From Candidatus Fimousia sp. (GTDB lineage: Bacteria > Bacillota > Clostridia > Lachnospirales > Lachnospiraceae): DNA of 64,000 nucleotides. The notes under the pieces were generated by a model. The model did no database searches. It had not been told where the DNA came from and saw only the letters and a program-made list of their open reading frames with translations. Positions within the stretch are counted from its first letter, which is position 1. Each line of letters begins with the position of its first letter. Shown one piece after another: positions 44,845 to 55,936 of the stretch. The position numbers were made by a program, and so were the translations under genes. The stretch is taken from the NCBI GenBank assembly GCA_045616445.1, contig JAZLGR010000017.1, positions 2,202-66,201 of the forward strand. Reading direction: 5' to 3'.

Positions 44845-46029
44845 TTACTGCAACTTTTCAAGTGCGATTCTCATACGCTTTAATCCCTCTTCCAGATTTT
44901 CCATGGAGTTTGGATAAGCAATACGAATCGTATTCGGTGCCCAGAAGGCTTTGCCAGGCATGAGAGCGATTTTGGCTTCATTTAACAAATAGTTAGAGAA
45001 GTCAACGGAGTCTTTGATGATCATGCCGTCTGCTTCTTTGCCATAGTAGCTGGATACATCAGCCATAACATAGAAGGCGCCGCCTGGTTTGACACAGGAA
45101 ATACCTGGAATCTGGCTTAAGGTTTCATATACATAATCACGACGACGTTCGAATTCTTCGTGCATTTCTGCGATAAATTCTTTGCCGCTTCGTAATGCTT
45201 CCACTGCTGCCCACTGTACAAATGTGGTGGAGTTGGAAGTCATATGGCTCTGCAGTGCAGCAATTCCTTTGGCAACAGGTTTTGGTGCTGCAGTATAGCC
45301 TACACGCCATCCAGTCATCGCGTGGGATTTGGATAATCCATTTACCACGATGCTGTGTTCATAGATGTCATCGCCTAAGGATGCCACGCAGACATGGACA
45401 TTGCCATCGTAGATCAGTGTTTCGTATACTTCGTCAGCAATCACATAAAAATCATGTTCCACAGCAAGATTGCCAAGACGAAGAAGGGACTCTCTGGTGT
45501 AGCATGCGCCGGTTGGGTTGTTCGGTGTATCGATGATGATTCCCTTGGTTTTATCTGTCAGAACGCCTTCGATCAGATCAAGATCCAGCTGGAAATATTC
45601 ATCGGTATCTACCAATACAGGAGTGCCACCTGCTAATTTGATCATCTCCACGTAGCTTACCCAGCATGGAGTAGGCACGATGATCTCATCTCCCGGGTCA
45701 CAGATTGCCATGAGGGAATTAAAAACCGCCTGTTTTGCCCCTGTGGAGATACAAATCTGATCCGGGTCATAGTGGACCTGGTTGTCTCTTAACAGCTTTT
45801 CACAAATCGCTTCCTTCAATGTGGCAACACCGGTTACTGGTGCGTACTTTGTCTTACCTTCATCGAGCGCTTTCTTACATGCCTCTCTGACAATCTCCGG
45901 AGTAATAAAATCCGGTTCTCCTACGTTAAAGGAGATAATATCTTCTCCCGCTTCGCGAAGCTTGGCAACACGGTCAAACAATGCGTTGGTTGCGGATGGT
46001 TCCATATTTAAAATTCTCTGTGATAACAT
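44845..46029 (-). CDS. pyridoxal-phosphate-dependent aminotransferase (aspartate aminotransferase-like, class I)
   Basis: Class I fold motifs NPTG and SKSHAMTGWRVGY (PLP lysine). Start ATG 46029, 8 nt after AAGGAG; the track GTG is at 46038. Confidence 0.88.
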   Translation of the reverse strand: MLSQRILNMEPSATNALFDRVAKLREAGEDIISFNVGEPDFITPEIVREACKKALDEGKTKYAPVTGVATLKEAICEKLLRDNQVHYDPDQICISTGAKQAVFNSLMAICDPGDEIIVPTPCWVSYVEMIKLAGGTPVLVDTDEYFQLDLDLIEGVLTDKTKGIIIDTPNNPTGACYTRESLLRLGNLAVEHDFYVIADEVYETLIYDGNVHVCVASLGDDIYEHSIVVNGLSKSHAMTGWRVGYTAAPKPVAKGIAALQSHMTSNSTTFVQWAAVEALRSGKEFIAEMHEEFERRRDYVYETLSQIPGISCVKPGGAFYVMADVSSYYGKEADGMIIKDSVDFSNYLLNEAKIALMPGKAFWAPNTIRIAYPNSMENLEEGLKRMRIALEKLQ

Positions 46030-46161
46030 TCCTATCACTCCTTATCTGTTTATTCTAATTCTACGCATCTCTAAAATGAAATATGGAATATTATACCACA
46101 AAAGTTTATTATTATACCACTTTCTTTTATAATAAAAAGACTTATTATAATGAATCAGGGC

Positions 46162-46190
46162 AAAAAAAGAGACTGTCAAAAGACAGTCCC
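46162..46190 (-). terminator. intrinsic terminator after the 95-aa gene
   Basis: GGGACUGUC/GACAGUCUC stem with a UUUU loop, followed by U7. Confidence 0.75.
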
Positions 46191-46209
46191 TTCGTTCGTT
46201 CCGTTCAAA

Positions 46210-46497
46210 TTATTGCTGATATTTGTAGAGATAGCAGCCTGTTAAGTTGCGAAGCTTTGTAGTTCCGCTGATGATAGCAGCTTTGCCAACAGTTGGTGCA
46301 TCCACTTTCTTCAGATACTGTGCTGTAACCTTGCACTTTTCAAGGTCTGCTCTGATTTCGCAGATTTCAAAGACATGATCACCAGAATTATAGTTTTTAC
46401 CGTCTACAGTAAGTAAATCGCCGCAAGCAAGTTCTTCATTGGTATAAAATTCAATGAATACGCCGTCTTTGTTCTCATGTGCTTTTTTAACTGTCAT
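46210..46497 (-). CDS. hypothetical protein (95 aa)
   Basis: GGAGG lies 8 nt before ATG 46497, and the gene has its own terminator downstream. No family recognised. Confidence 0.55.
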   Translation of the reverse strand: MTVKKAHENKDGVFIEFYTNEELACGDLLTVDGKNYNSGDHVFEICEIRADLEKCKVTAQYLKKVDAPTVGKAAIISGTTKLRNLTGCYLYKYQQ

Positions 46498-46628
46498 AAT
46501 TCCATCCTCCGATCTTATTTATTTCTTCTTTCCGAATTCTTTTGATGTAGCTATATTTTACCATAATTTTCTACAATAAACTATATTTTTTTATTACATT
46601 TTTTACTTCCTTTTTAGATAAATGTAAC

Positions 46629-46674
46629 AAAAAAACTGCCATAAGTGAGATTTTGACATCTTACTCATGGCAGT
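46629..46674 (-). terminator. intrinsic terminator after the TagH-like gene
   Basis: 15-bp imperfect stem ACTGCCATGAGTAAG.../...CTCACTTATGGCAGT followed by U6. Confidence 0.7.
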
Positions 46675-46679
46675 GCGTT

Positions 46680-47489
46680 TTAGTTGAATATTTTTTCAAA
46701 TAAGGAGCGGTTGTCCTCTTTTAATGTTCTGCGTTCGAACTTTCTGTCCTGCAGCAGTTTCTTTCTTTTCTTGGACAGATTGTTAAGTCCTTCCACGTAA
46801 GTGGAGTAGCAGTCTGCCACACGTTCGATTGGACCATACATCTGAAGCTCGCCGCCTTCTAACCAGATTGCGGTGTCACAGAAGTTACGAACCTGATTTA
46901 AGGAGTGGGAAATGAATACGATGGTTTTTCCTTCTTCCTTTAATGCGGTCATTCTCTGCATACATTTCTTTGCAAATGCTCTGTCCCCAACGGATAATGC
47001 TTCATCGACGATCAGAATATCCGGATCTAAACATAAGTTAATGGAGAATCCAAGTCTGGATTTCATACCGGAAGAATACTTCTTAACCGGCTGGTATAAG
47101 AAATCGCCGATTTCTGCGAATTCAATTACACCTTCGGTAATCTTGTCGATTTCGTGCTTACGGAGCCCAAGAAGTGCTCCCTTTAATTCGATATTTTCAA
47201 GACCGGTGAGCTGCATATCGAGACCAGTGTTGATGGCGATGAGCGCCTGTTCCCCATTGACATACATCTGACCTTCATTGGCTTCAGAAATACCTGCAAG
47301 AACAGTGGACATGGTAGATTTACCAGATCCGTTGGTTCCTAAAATACCAACTACTTCGCCCTTTGGAATCTCAAAGCTCACGTCGTGTAATGCATAAAAA
47401 CGTTTCTTGGTTTTTTTCTTGCCCTTTTTGGACTTTAATGTATAGATTTTGGATACATGGTCAAACTTAATAGCGTAATCTTCTGCCAT
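46680..47489 (-). CDS. polysaccharide/teichoic-acid export ABC transporter ATP-binding protein (TagH-like)
   Basis: Walker A GTNGSGKST, signature YSSGMKSRL, Walker B ILIVDEALSVGD. Follows an ABC-2 permease. Confidence 0.85.
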   Translation of the reverse strand: MAEDYAIKFDHVSKIYTLKSKKGKKKTKKRFYALHDVSFEIPKGEVVGILGTNGSGKSTMSTVLAGISEANEGQMYVNGEQALIAINTGLDMQLTGLENIELKGALLGLRKHEIDKITEGVIEFAEIGDFLYQPVKKYSSGMKSRLGFSINLCLDPDILIVDEALSVGDRAFAKKCMQRMTALKEEGKTIVFISHSLNQVRNFCDTAIWLEGGELQMYGPIERVADCYSTYVEGLNNLSKKRKKLLQDRKFERRTLKEDNRSLFEKIFN

Positions 47490-47500
47490 AGCCTTACCTC

Positions 47501-48310
47501 CTAAATCAAGTCAATGATCATCTTCTTGAATCGGTTCATGAGACAGCTTCCTGACACGAAAAGAACAAGTGTGATCACGATATATGCAATAAACTGGTGT
47601 CTGTAAGCCCAGAGGCCCTTGTGATACAGGAACGCATCACGGTATCCGCTTACAATATAGAAAATAGGGTTCGCCTTCATAACGAGTGTAACAGCTGGCC
47701 ATTCTTTAACACGATCGATGGACCATAAGATTGGTGTCATGTATAATAACAGTCTCATACATGCAAGAATCATCTTACGAACATCTCGTGCTAACATATT
47801 CAGTACAGATGTCAGCATACTTAAGGATGTTGCAAAGATAAATGCCAGTGGCAGATACCAGAGAAGCTCCAGCCAGTAGATACATGGGCGGGCACCCTTG
47901 GCAATTTCTACAACAATTACAATCAGCAGAATACATACATGATTGAATAACTCCTGCAGACAGACTGTCGCAGGCAGGATACTTACCGGGAACTTCATCT
48001 TCGTAACAACATTCTTCCTTGTGTAGATTGCGTTACATCCCTTTGTGATACATGGATTGATATAGAACCATACACACATACCGGCAATCATCCATTCGAT
48101 ATAACCAAATCCGTCAACGCCCTTACGGTTGAAGAGCAGACCGAATACAAACCAATATGTCAAAATCTGAATCAACGGATGTGCAAAGTTCCAGAACACA
48201 CCCAGGTTGGATTCTCTCATATCACTGAGCAAATCATATTTTGCGATGGAATAAATACGATAAAGATTGTTAAAATTCTCATCCAAAACATACTTTACGC
48301 TCTTAATCAT
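47501..48310 (-). CDS. ABC-2 type polysaccharide/teichoic-acid export permease (TagG-like)
   Basis: Six-TM ABC-2 permease. Start ATG 48310 (MIKSVKY), 8 nt after GGAGG; the track GTG is at 48361. Confidence 0.8.
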   Translation of the reverse strand: MIKSVKYVLDENFNNLYRIYSIAKYDLLSDMRESNLGVFWNFAHPLIQILTYWFVFGLLFNRKGVDGFGYIEWMIAGMCVWFYINPCITKGCNAIYTRKNVVTKMKFPVSILPATVCLQELFNHVCILLIVIVVEIAKGARPCIYWLELLWYLPLAFIFATSLSMLTSVLNMLARDVRKMILACMRLLLYMTPILWSIDRVKEWPAVTLVMKANPIFYIVSGYRDAFLYHKGLWAYRHQFIAYIVITLVLFVSGSCLMNRFKKMIIDLI

Positions 48311-48465
48311 AGTTTTGTCCTCCAATGTAGAATCTATATATAGTTTTCCCTGTGTTTGCACACTATAGTACGTTAATTATAATCAAAATGTATTCATTTG
48401 TCAAAAAAAGTAGTATACTAATAGGTAATGATTGAGACAATTATAATAGAAAGAAGGGAATATTT

Positions 48466-49275
48466 ATGAATACAGCATTAACAATCGCAGGCAGCGATTC
48501 CAGCGGAGGCGCAGGCATCCAGGCCGATATGAAAACCATGATCACCAATGGCGTTTATGCCATGAGTGCCATCACTGCATTAACTGCACAGAACACAACT
48601 GGCGTTACCGGCATTATGGAAGTAACACCAGAATTCCTAGAACAGCAGATTGATGCCATCTTCACGGACATTTATCCAGATGCAGTTAAGATTGGTATGG
48701 TTTCCTCCAGCGACTTAATCAAGATGATTGCAAAGAAATTACAGGCTTACGAAGCAAAGAACATCGTAGTAGACCCTGTTATGGTGGCAACCAGCGGTTC
48801 CAAGTTAATCAGCGACGACGCCATCTCCACCTTAAAGGAATATCTTCTTCCTATGGCAACTGTGCTTACTCCGAACATTCCGGAAGCAGAAGTACTTGCT
48901 GACATGGAAGTAAAATCAGCAGACGATATGATCGAAGCTGCAAAGAAGATTTCTGACACCTACCACTGTGCCGTACTTTGCAAGGGCGGCCATCAGCTTA
49001 ATGATGCCAACGATCTCCTCTACCGTGACGGCGATTACAAGTGGTTCAACGGCAAGCGCATCGACAATCCGAATACCCATGGAACAGGCTGTACCTTATC
49101 CTCTGCCATTGCTTCCAACTTAGCTAAGGGATTCGATCTTGACACTTCCGTAGAACGTGCCAAAGCATATATCTCCTCTGCCCTTGCAGCAATGCTTGAT
49201 CTTGGTCAGGGAAGCGGTCCTATGAATCATGGATTTGATGTGTCCGGAGAATTCGCAAAACATCCTGAGATGTAG
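48466..49275 (+). CDS. thiD: hydroxymethylpyrimidine/phosphomethylpyrimidine kinase
   Basis: ALTIAGSDSSGGAGIQADMKT and DPVMVATSG blocks, with C-terminal HGTGCTLSSAIA. Confidence 0.92.
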   Translation: MNTALTIAGSDSSGGAGIQADMKTMITNGVYAMSAITALTAQNTTGVTGIMEVTPEFLEQQIDAIFTDIYPDAVKIGMVSSSDLIKMIAKKLQAYEAKNIVVDPVMVATSGSKLISDDAISTLKEYLLPMATVLTPNIPEAEVLADMEVKSADDMIEAAKKISDTYHCAVLCKGGHQLNDANDLLYRDGDYKWFNGKRIDNPNTHGTGCTLSSAIASNLAKGFDLDTSVERAKAYISSALAAMLDLGQGSGPMNHGFDVSGEFAKHPEM

Positions 49276-49321
49276 GCCGGCTACAGGAATGGATAACAGA
49301 TACATTTGACAAAAAAACAGC

Positions 49322-49350
49322 AAAAAAGTGTGCCGAGGCACACTTTTTTT
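49322..49350. terminator. bidirectional terminator between thiD and glgB
   Basis: AAAAAAGTGTGCC GA GGCACACTTTTTT. Confidence 0.85.
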
Positions 49351-49375
49351 ATTACAATCAACCCGAAGGCTGAAT

Positions 49376-51232
49376 CTATTCATATTTAAAGATCACAGCT
49401 TCATATGGTTCTAACGCGCAGCTGATGGAGATATCCCTGCCATCGGCTTCGATTTCTTCCACGATAGAGACAGTCTCCCCATCCACAATCTTTAAGCTGT
49501 TGAAGATCATGGTGTAGGTCTTGTCGGCCCGTACCCCGACCCGGTAATCCGGATGGGCTTCATCCAGGAAATTGAATACGCAGAGGAAGTTCTCTGACCC
49601 ATCCCTGGAATGGCGTTCGAAGGAGAATACACCGTGCTCATTGTCATCTGCATTGACCCAGTCAAAACCGGACCAGTCAAGGTCATTGTCATATAACACC
49701 GGGTGATCCAGATAAAAATGAATCAGTTCCTTCATATAAGAACGCATATATTTGTGAATGTTCTTGCGAAGACAAGGCCAGTCCAAATCTCTGCTGACAG
49801 ACCAGTTCTGCTCCTGTCCAAAATCCTGTCCCATAAAGAGAAGCTTCTTGCCCGGATGGCACATCTGATACATATAGATGCCCCGCAGCTGGTTCATGCG
49901 CGCTTCTGGCTCGCCACGGAGTCTGCCGTACATGGACGGATTGGCATGGCCGAAATTGTCATGGGAGAAAATCAGCATATGGGCCTCATCGAAGGCATAC
50001 ATCATGCTGTAATTGACTTTATTGTGAAACCGTTTCTCCTTACGAAGCTCGGTGCTCTTCGACAGATATTCTAAGAAATCATGCTCCCAGCCCATATTCC
50101 ACTTGAAGGTAAAGCCCAGACCGTTCTCATCTGTCATGCCTGGATGGGCGGTGGATTCTTCCGCCACGGTAAATGCACCGCTGCAAAGCTCCTTCACTGC
50201 ACCATTCATCTTCGTCAAAAACTCTATAGCATCATAATTGTGATTATCCTGATCCTTCATCGGCTGACGTCCAAAATCCAGATGGATCATGGAGTCTACC
50301 GCATCCACGCGAAGGCCGTCCATATGGAACACCTTCAGCCAGTAAATCGCATTGGCGATGAGGTAGCTCTGCACCTCACCCTTGCTGTAGTCATACACCT
50401 TGGTTCCCCAGATCGGATGATCATCTCTGTCTGCCGGTTCGAACATGTAGCTGCCATCAAAGCGCTTCAATCCATGTCGATCCTTTGAAAAATGTGCCGG
50501 CACCCAGTCAAAGATCACACCCACACCGCGACGGTGCAGATAGTTCACCAGATACATCAGATCACGTGGTTTTCCATAACGGGAATTAACTGCATATGGA
50601 TTGGTCACCTGGTATCCCCAGGAAAAATCATTCTGATAATCTGCAATCCCAATGAGCTCCACATGGGTATAGCCCATGGTTGTCACATAATCCGCCAGTC
50701 TCTTTACGTAATCTCGATAATTATAAAATCCTTCCGGATTTCGTTCTCTATTGCCTTTATGTCGCAGCCAGGATCCTAAGTGTACTTCATAGATAAACAT
50801 CGGTTTTCGGCGAACATCTCCTTCTTCCCGCTGTTTCATCCATTCTTCGTCACTCCAGCGATATGGCTTGACATAATCAATGATGGAAGCTGTTCCAGGT
50901 CGTCTCTCCATGCTGAAACAAAAAGGATCCGCCTTGTATTCTTCCCTGCCTTCTTTGGTGAGAATCTGATATTTGAACATCTGTCCTTCCTTGGCCTGAG
51001 GAATACGAATCTCCCAGAATCCGGTTCCTTCCACCTTTTCCATTACATTCTCATCGGGATTCCAGCCATTGAACTCCCCGATGACACTTACCTGCTTTGC
51101 TTCCGGAGCCCAGACACCAAACTGGGTTCCCACATATCCGTTCTTTGTATATGGATGAGTTCCCAGCTTTTCATATATCTGATAATGTTTGCCTTCGCAA
51201 AACATCTTCCAGTCTTTTTTGTTTAAATTCAT
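49376..51232 (-). CDS. glgB: 1,4-alpha-glucan branching enzyme
   Basis: GH13 branching-enzyme blocks DWVPAHF, GLRVDAV and EESTA. Confidence 0.92.
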   Translation of the reverse strand: MNLNKKDWKMFCEGKHYQIYEKLGTHPYTKNGYVGTQFGVWAPEAKQVSVIGEFNGWNPDENVMEKVEGTGFWEIRIPQAKEGQMFKYQILTKEGREEYKADPFCFSMERRPGTASIIDYVKPYRWSDEEWMKQREEGDVRRKPMFIYEVHLGSWLRHKGNRERNPEGFYNYRDYVKRLADYVTTMGYTHVELIGIADYQNDFSWGYQVTNPYAVNSRYGKPRDLMYLVNYLHRRGVGVIFDWVPAHFSKDRHGLKRFDGSYMFEPADRDDHPIWGTKVYDYSKGEVQSYLIANAIYWLKVFHMDGLRVDAVDSMIHLDFGRQPMKDQDNHNYDAIEFLTKMNGAVKELCSGAFTVAEESTAHPGMTDENGLGFTFKWNMGWEHDFLEYLSKSTELRKEKRFHNKVNYSMMYAFDEAHMLIFSHDNFGHANPSMYGRLRGEPEARMNQLRGIYMYQMCHPGKKLLFMGQDFGQEQNWSVSRDLDWPCLRKNIHKYMRSYMKELIHFYLDHPVLYDNDLDWSGFDWVNADDNEHGVFSFERHSRDGSENFLCVFNFLDEAHPDYRVGVRADKTYTMIFNSLKIVDGETVSIVEEIEADGRDISISCALEPYEAVIFKYE

Positions 51233-51418
51233 CCATCTTCTCCTGTGTGATTCTACGATCTGAAATGTTACATTTCTAATGTTACACGTCTATAATAATA
51301 TTATTATAAAACATTCAGACAATACCTTCAACATAATCGCTCAATTCAGACAAATGTTCCATTCCCATCACAAAACTCCCGGAGGGTTTTATGGTATGGA
51401 AACGAAGTTTCTTATGAC

Positions 51419-51453
51419 GCAAAAAATCCCAGGTGACTTTCTGCCACCTGGAA
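51419..51453 (-). terminator. intrinsic terminator after trpS
   Basis: UUCCAGGUG/CACCUGGGA stem followed by U6. Confidence 0.8.
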
Positions 51454-51487
51454 TCTGACTGTTCATGATGAAATCGTAATTCTACAA

Positions 51488-52594
<1,107 letters not shown>

Positions 52595-52679
52595 CTATCC
52601 TATATATTATATGATCTGTAATTATCTTCAGTAGTTATAATCGGTAAATATTATAGCACACGTTTCCCACATTGAAAAG

Positions 52680-53321
52680 TTAAATGTTTTTTGCGCAGAT
52701 ATCATTGAGGCAGCAGCGGTCGCAGTATGGCTTTGTTCTGGCCGTGCAAATGTCTCTGCCATGGTATACCAGTCTGTGGCAAAAATCGGAGCCCTTCTCA
52801 GGCGGTACGATCTTCCATAATGCCATCTCTACTTTCTTCGGATCCTTGATGCCGTCCACTAAACCGATGCGGTTGGTAAGGCGAATACAGTGGGTATCTG
52901 TTACGATGGCAGGCTCCCCGAATACGTCTCCCATAATTAAATTGGCACTTTTTCTTCCCACTCCCGGAAGCTTCATCAGATCGTTAAAGTTGTCTGGCAC
53001 CTTGCTGCCGAATTCATCCCGAAGCATGCGCATACATTTGCTGATGTCTCGTGCCTTGCTACGGCCAAGACCGCATGGACGGACGATGGCTTCGATCTCG
53101 TTCACATCTGCTTCTGCCAAGGCATCTACCGTTGGGAATTTTTCATATAAATAAGGAACAATCTTGTTCACCCGCTCGTCGGTGCACTGGGCTGCAAGGC
53201 GGACACTGATGAGTAATTTCCAGGCATCATCATAGTCTAAGGTGCAGTCTGCCAGTGGATATTCCTGTTCTAATCGGTTGATCACTTCTATGGTTAATTC
53301 TTTTAATTTCTTTTCTGTCAT
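52680..53321 (-). CDS. nth: endonuclease III
   Basis: HhH-GPD block LPGVGRKSANLIM and the 4Fe-4S cluster motif C-x6-C-x2-C-x5-C at the C-terminus. Confidence 0.92.
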   Translation of the reverse strand: MTEKKLKELTIEVINRLEQEYPLADCTLDYDDAWKLLISVRLAAQCTDERVNKIVPYLYEKFPTVDALAEADVNEIEAIVRPCGLGRSKARDISKCMRMLRDEFGSKVPDNFNDLMKLPGVGRKSANLIMGDVFGEPAIVTDTHCIRLTNRIGLVDGIKDPKKVEMALWKIVPPEKGSDFCHRLVYHGRDICTARTKPYCDRCCLNDICAKNI

Positions 53322-53391
53322 GAATTTCTTCTCCTTCTGTTCATATGGGTATTATAGCACACTATTTATACATTTGTTTCCCCTATTAGTA

Positions 53392-53420
53392 TTGCAATAA
53401 GAGGTTTAAAATTATATAAT
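53392..53420 (+). promoter_or_regulatory. promoter of the amino-acid ABC transporter operon
   Basis: TTGCAA, a 17-nt spacer, then TATAAT. Confidence 0.55.
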
Positions 53421-53524
53421 ATTTTTGTTATTTCATGCACTTTAGTCTGCTAATTTGCTAATGAATTAGCAGACCACAATGCGCAATCAAAACTATTTTT
53501 CATAATGAAAGAGAGGATAAAGTA

Positions 53525-55075
53525 ATGAAGAAAAACTTGAAAAAACTGGTGCTTCTTCTCGCTATGCTTTCCCTTGTAACCGGCCTTTTATTCGGCTGTG
53601 GCAGCAAGAAGGAATCTGGCGAAGCGTCCTCCAGCAATGTGGTTAAGGAAGACGGCGAAACATTCATCGTAGGTTTCGATGCTGAATTCCCTCCATATGG
53701 CTACAAGGATGATTCTGGCGAATATGTAGGCTTCGACCTTGATTTAGCAGAAGAAGTATGTAAGAGAAATGGCTGGACATTACAGAAACAGCCAATTGAC
53801 TGGGATTCCAAGGATATGGAATTAAAGACAGGCGCCATCGACTGTATCTGGAATGGTTTTACCATCAATGGTCGTGAAAGTGGTTATACCTGGTCTAAAG
53901 CTTACATTGACAACTCCCAGGTTGTGATCATCAAGAATGGTTCCGGTATTGAAAAATTAGAAGACTTAGCTGGCAAAGTAGTTGTTGTTCAGGCTGACTC
54001 TTCCGCACTTGCTGCATTTACCGGTGGTGATGCAACTGAAGAAAATATTAAATTAGCAGAAAGCTTTGCTGATCTTCAGCAGGTTTCCGATTACAACAGT
54101 GCATTCCTTAACTTAGAAGCAGGCTCTGTTGATGCAATCTGTATGGACTACGGTGTAGCTGCATACCAGATTGAAGCACGCGGCGACGTATTTGCCATGT
54201 TAGATGAACGTGTTTCCTCCGAACAGTATGGTATCGGTTTCAAATTAGGAAATACAAAGATTCGTGATCAGGTGCAGACAGCACTCGATGAGATGAACGA
54301 AGACGGCACATTAATGAAGATCGCCAAAGAATGGGGACTTGACGAAAGCATTTGCCTTGGTGATAAAGGTACAGACGCTGCTTACTTACAGGATGCAGAA
54401 GCAGCTGATGATTCTAATTTAGTAGCTACATTAATCCATGTGATCGGCCAGTTATCTTCTGGTATGGTTGCTACCTTAATCATCTTCCTTTGCACATTGG
54501 TTTGCTCCATGCCTCTTGGTCTTTTGGTATGTACCATCAGAAAATCCAGATTTGGTATTTTACAGGCAATTGCAAAACTTTACATCTCCATCATGCGTGG
54601 TACTCCACTCATGCTTCAGTTATTAGTTGTATTCTTCGGACCTTACTACATTTTCGGTATTTCCGTACCTGCAAGTTTCCGTTTCTACGCAGTAATCATC
54701 GGTTTCTCCATGAACTATGCTGCATACTTTGCTGAAATCTTCCGTGCAGGTATCGAAGGTATCCCTCGTGGACAGTACGAAGCTGCTGACGTTCTTGGTT
54801 ATACAAAGGGTCAGACATTCTGGAAGATCATCTTCCCACAGATGGTAAAACGTGTACTTCCACCTGTAACTAACGAAATCATCACATTAGTAAAAGATAC
54901 ATCCTTAGCATTCGCCCTTGCTTACACAGAAATGTTCACATTAGCAAAACAGGTAGCTGCTGCTCAGGCAAGCATCATGCCATTATTCGTTGCTGGTATC
55001 TTCTACTACTTATTCAACTTCTTAGTAGCCTTCTTAATGGGTCGCTTAGAAGCGAAATTATCTTACTATGAATAA
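53525..55075 (+). CDS. amino-acid ABC transporter, fused substrate-binding lipoprotein and permease
   Basis: Lipobox LLFGCGS, a family-3 SBP domain, then a polar-amino-acid permease domain with an EAA-like loop ([24 protein letters not shown]). Confidence 0.88.
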   Translation: MKKNLKKLVLLLAMLSLVTGLLFGCGSKKESGEASSSNVVKEDGETFIVGFDAEFPPYGYKDDSGEYVGFDLDLAEEVCKRNGWTLQKQPIDWDSKDMELKTGAIDCIWNGFTINGRESGYTWSKAYIDNSQVVIIKNGSGIEKLEDLAGKVVVVQADSSALAAFTGGDATEENIKLAESFADLQQVSDYNSAFLNLEAGSVDAICMDYGVAAYQIEARGDVFAMLDERVSSEQYGIGFKLGNTKIRDQVQTALDEMNEDGTLMKIAKEWGLDESICLGDKGTDAAYLQDAEAADDSNLVATLIHVIGQLSSGMVATLIIFLCTLVCSMPLGLLVCTIRKSRFGILQAIAKLYISIMRGTPLMLQLLVVFFGPYYIFGISVPASFRFYAVIIGFSMNYAAYFAEIFRAGIEGIPRGQYEAADVLGYTKGQTFWKIIFPQMVKRVLPPVTNEIITLVKDTSLAFALAYTEMFTLAKQVAAAQASIMPLFVAGIFYYLFNFLVAFLMGRLEAKLSYYE

Positions 55076-55092
55076 TCAGGGAGGCGAATAGA

Positions 55093-55848
55093 ATGAAATT
55101 ATTAGAAATCAATCATTTAAAGAAAAGCTTCGGAGATTTGAACGTATTAAGAGATATTTCCATGAGCGTATCCGAAGGTGAAGTAGTTGCCATTTTAGGA
55201 CCTTCCGGTTCCGGTAAGTCCACATTCCTGCGCTGTGCAACCATGCTTGAAACAATGGATGCAGGTTCCATGGCATACGTTGGCGACTATGCAGTAAAAG
55301 ACGTGGACGGCAAAGCTGTTTACGCTGACAAAGCAACATTACAGAAATTAAAGAATACATTCGGTTTGGTATTCCAGAACTTCAATTTATTCCCTCATTA
55401 CTCTGTTATGAAGAACATCTGCGACGCTCCAATCAGCGTTCAGAAACGTAACAAAGCGGAAGTGGAAGCAGAAGCAAAAGAATTAATCAAAAAAGTAGGT
55501 CTCGAAGGCAAGGAAGATTACTATCCATGCCAGTTATCCGGTGGTCAGCAGCAGCGAGTTGCAATCGCTCGTGCCCTTGCTATGAACCCTAAGATGATCT
55601 TCTTCGATGAACCAACATCCGCATTGGACCCTGAAATCACTGCAGAAGTATTAAAAGTACTTCGCCAGTTAGCAGAAGAAAAGATGACTATGATCATCGT
55701 AACACACGAAATCGACTTCGCACGTAAGGTTGCAGACAGAGTCGTATTCATGGATCAGGGACTGATTGTTGAAGAAGGAAGACCTGAGGATATTATTGAT
55801 AATCCTTCTAACGAAAGAACAAGAGCGTTCTTACAGAAGATGAAATAG
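55093..55848 (+). CDS. amino-acid ABC transporter ATP-binding protein
   Basis: Walker [10 protein letters not shown], signature [15 protein letters not shown], Walker [13 protein letters not shown]. Confidence 0.92.
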   Translation: MKLLEINHLKKSFGDLNVLRDISMSVSEGEVVAILGPSGSGKSTFLRCATMLETMDAGSMAYVGDYAVKDVDGKAVYADKATLQKLKNTFGLVFQNFNLFPHYSVMKNICDAPISVQKRNKAEVEAEAKELIKKVGLEGKEDYYPCQLSGGQQQRVAIARALAMNPKMIFFDEPTSALDPEITAEVLKVLRQLAEEKMTMIIVTHEIDFARKVADRVVFMDQGLIVEEGRPEDIIDNPSNERTRAFLQKMK

Positions 55849-55854
55849 GTATTT

Positions 55855-55912
55855 AAAAAAGGTGTATGTCAGTTGTGTACATAAAAGTACACTCCTGTCA
55901 TACACCTTTATT
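55855..55912. terminator. long bidirectional hairpin terminator at the right-hand border of the ABC operon / left border of the AT-rich island
   Basis: AAAGGTGTATGTCAG...CTGTCATACACCTTT plus an inner GTGTAC/GTACAC stem, with A-run and T-run flanks. Confidence 0.75.
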
Positions 55913-55936
55913 ATTTTAATCTTTTGTAATTATGCT

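Noticed and set aside
48362-48465. Expected TPP riboswitch upstream of thiD.
   Set aside because: The 104-nt AT-rich region lacks the conserved CUGAGA/ACCUGAUCUGGAUAAUGCCAGCG-type cores, and I see no convincing stems.
51330-51395. 18-codon minus-strand ORF (MMGMEHLSELSDYVEGIV) with a GGGAG SD in the glgB upstream region.
   Set aside because: It is too short, has no recognisable leader-peptide logic for glycogen genes, and I cannot assess its conservation here.
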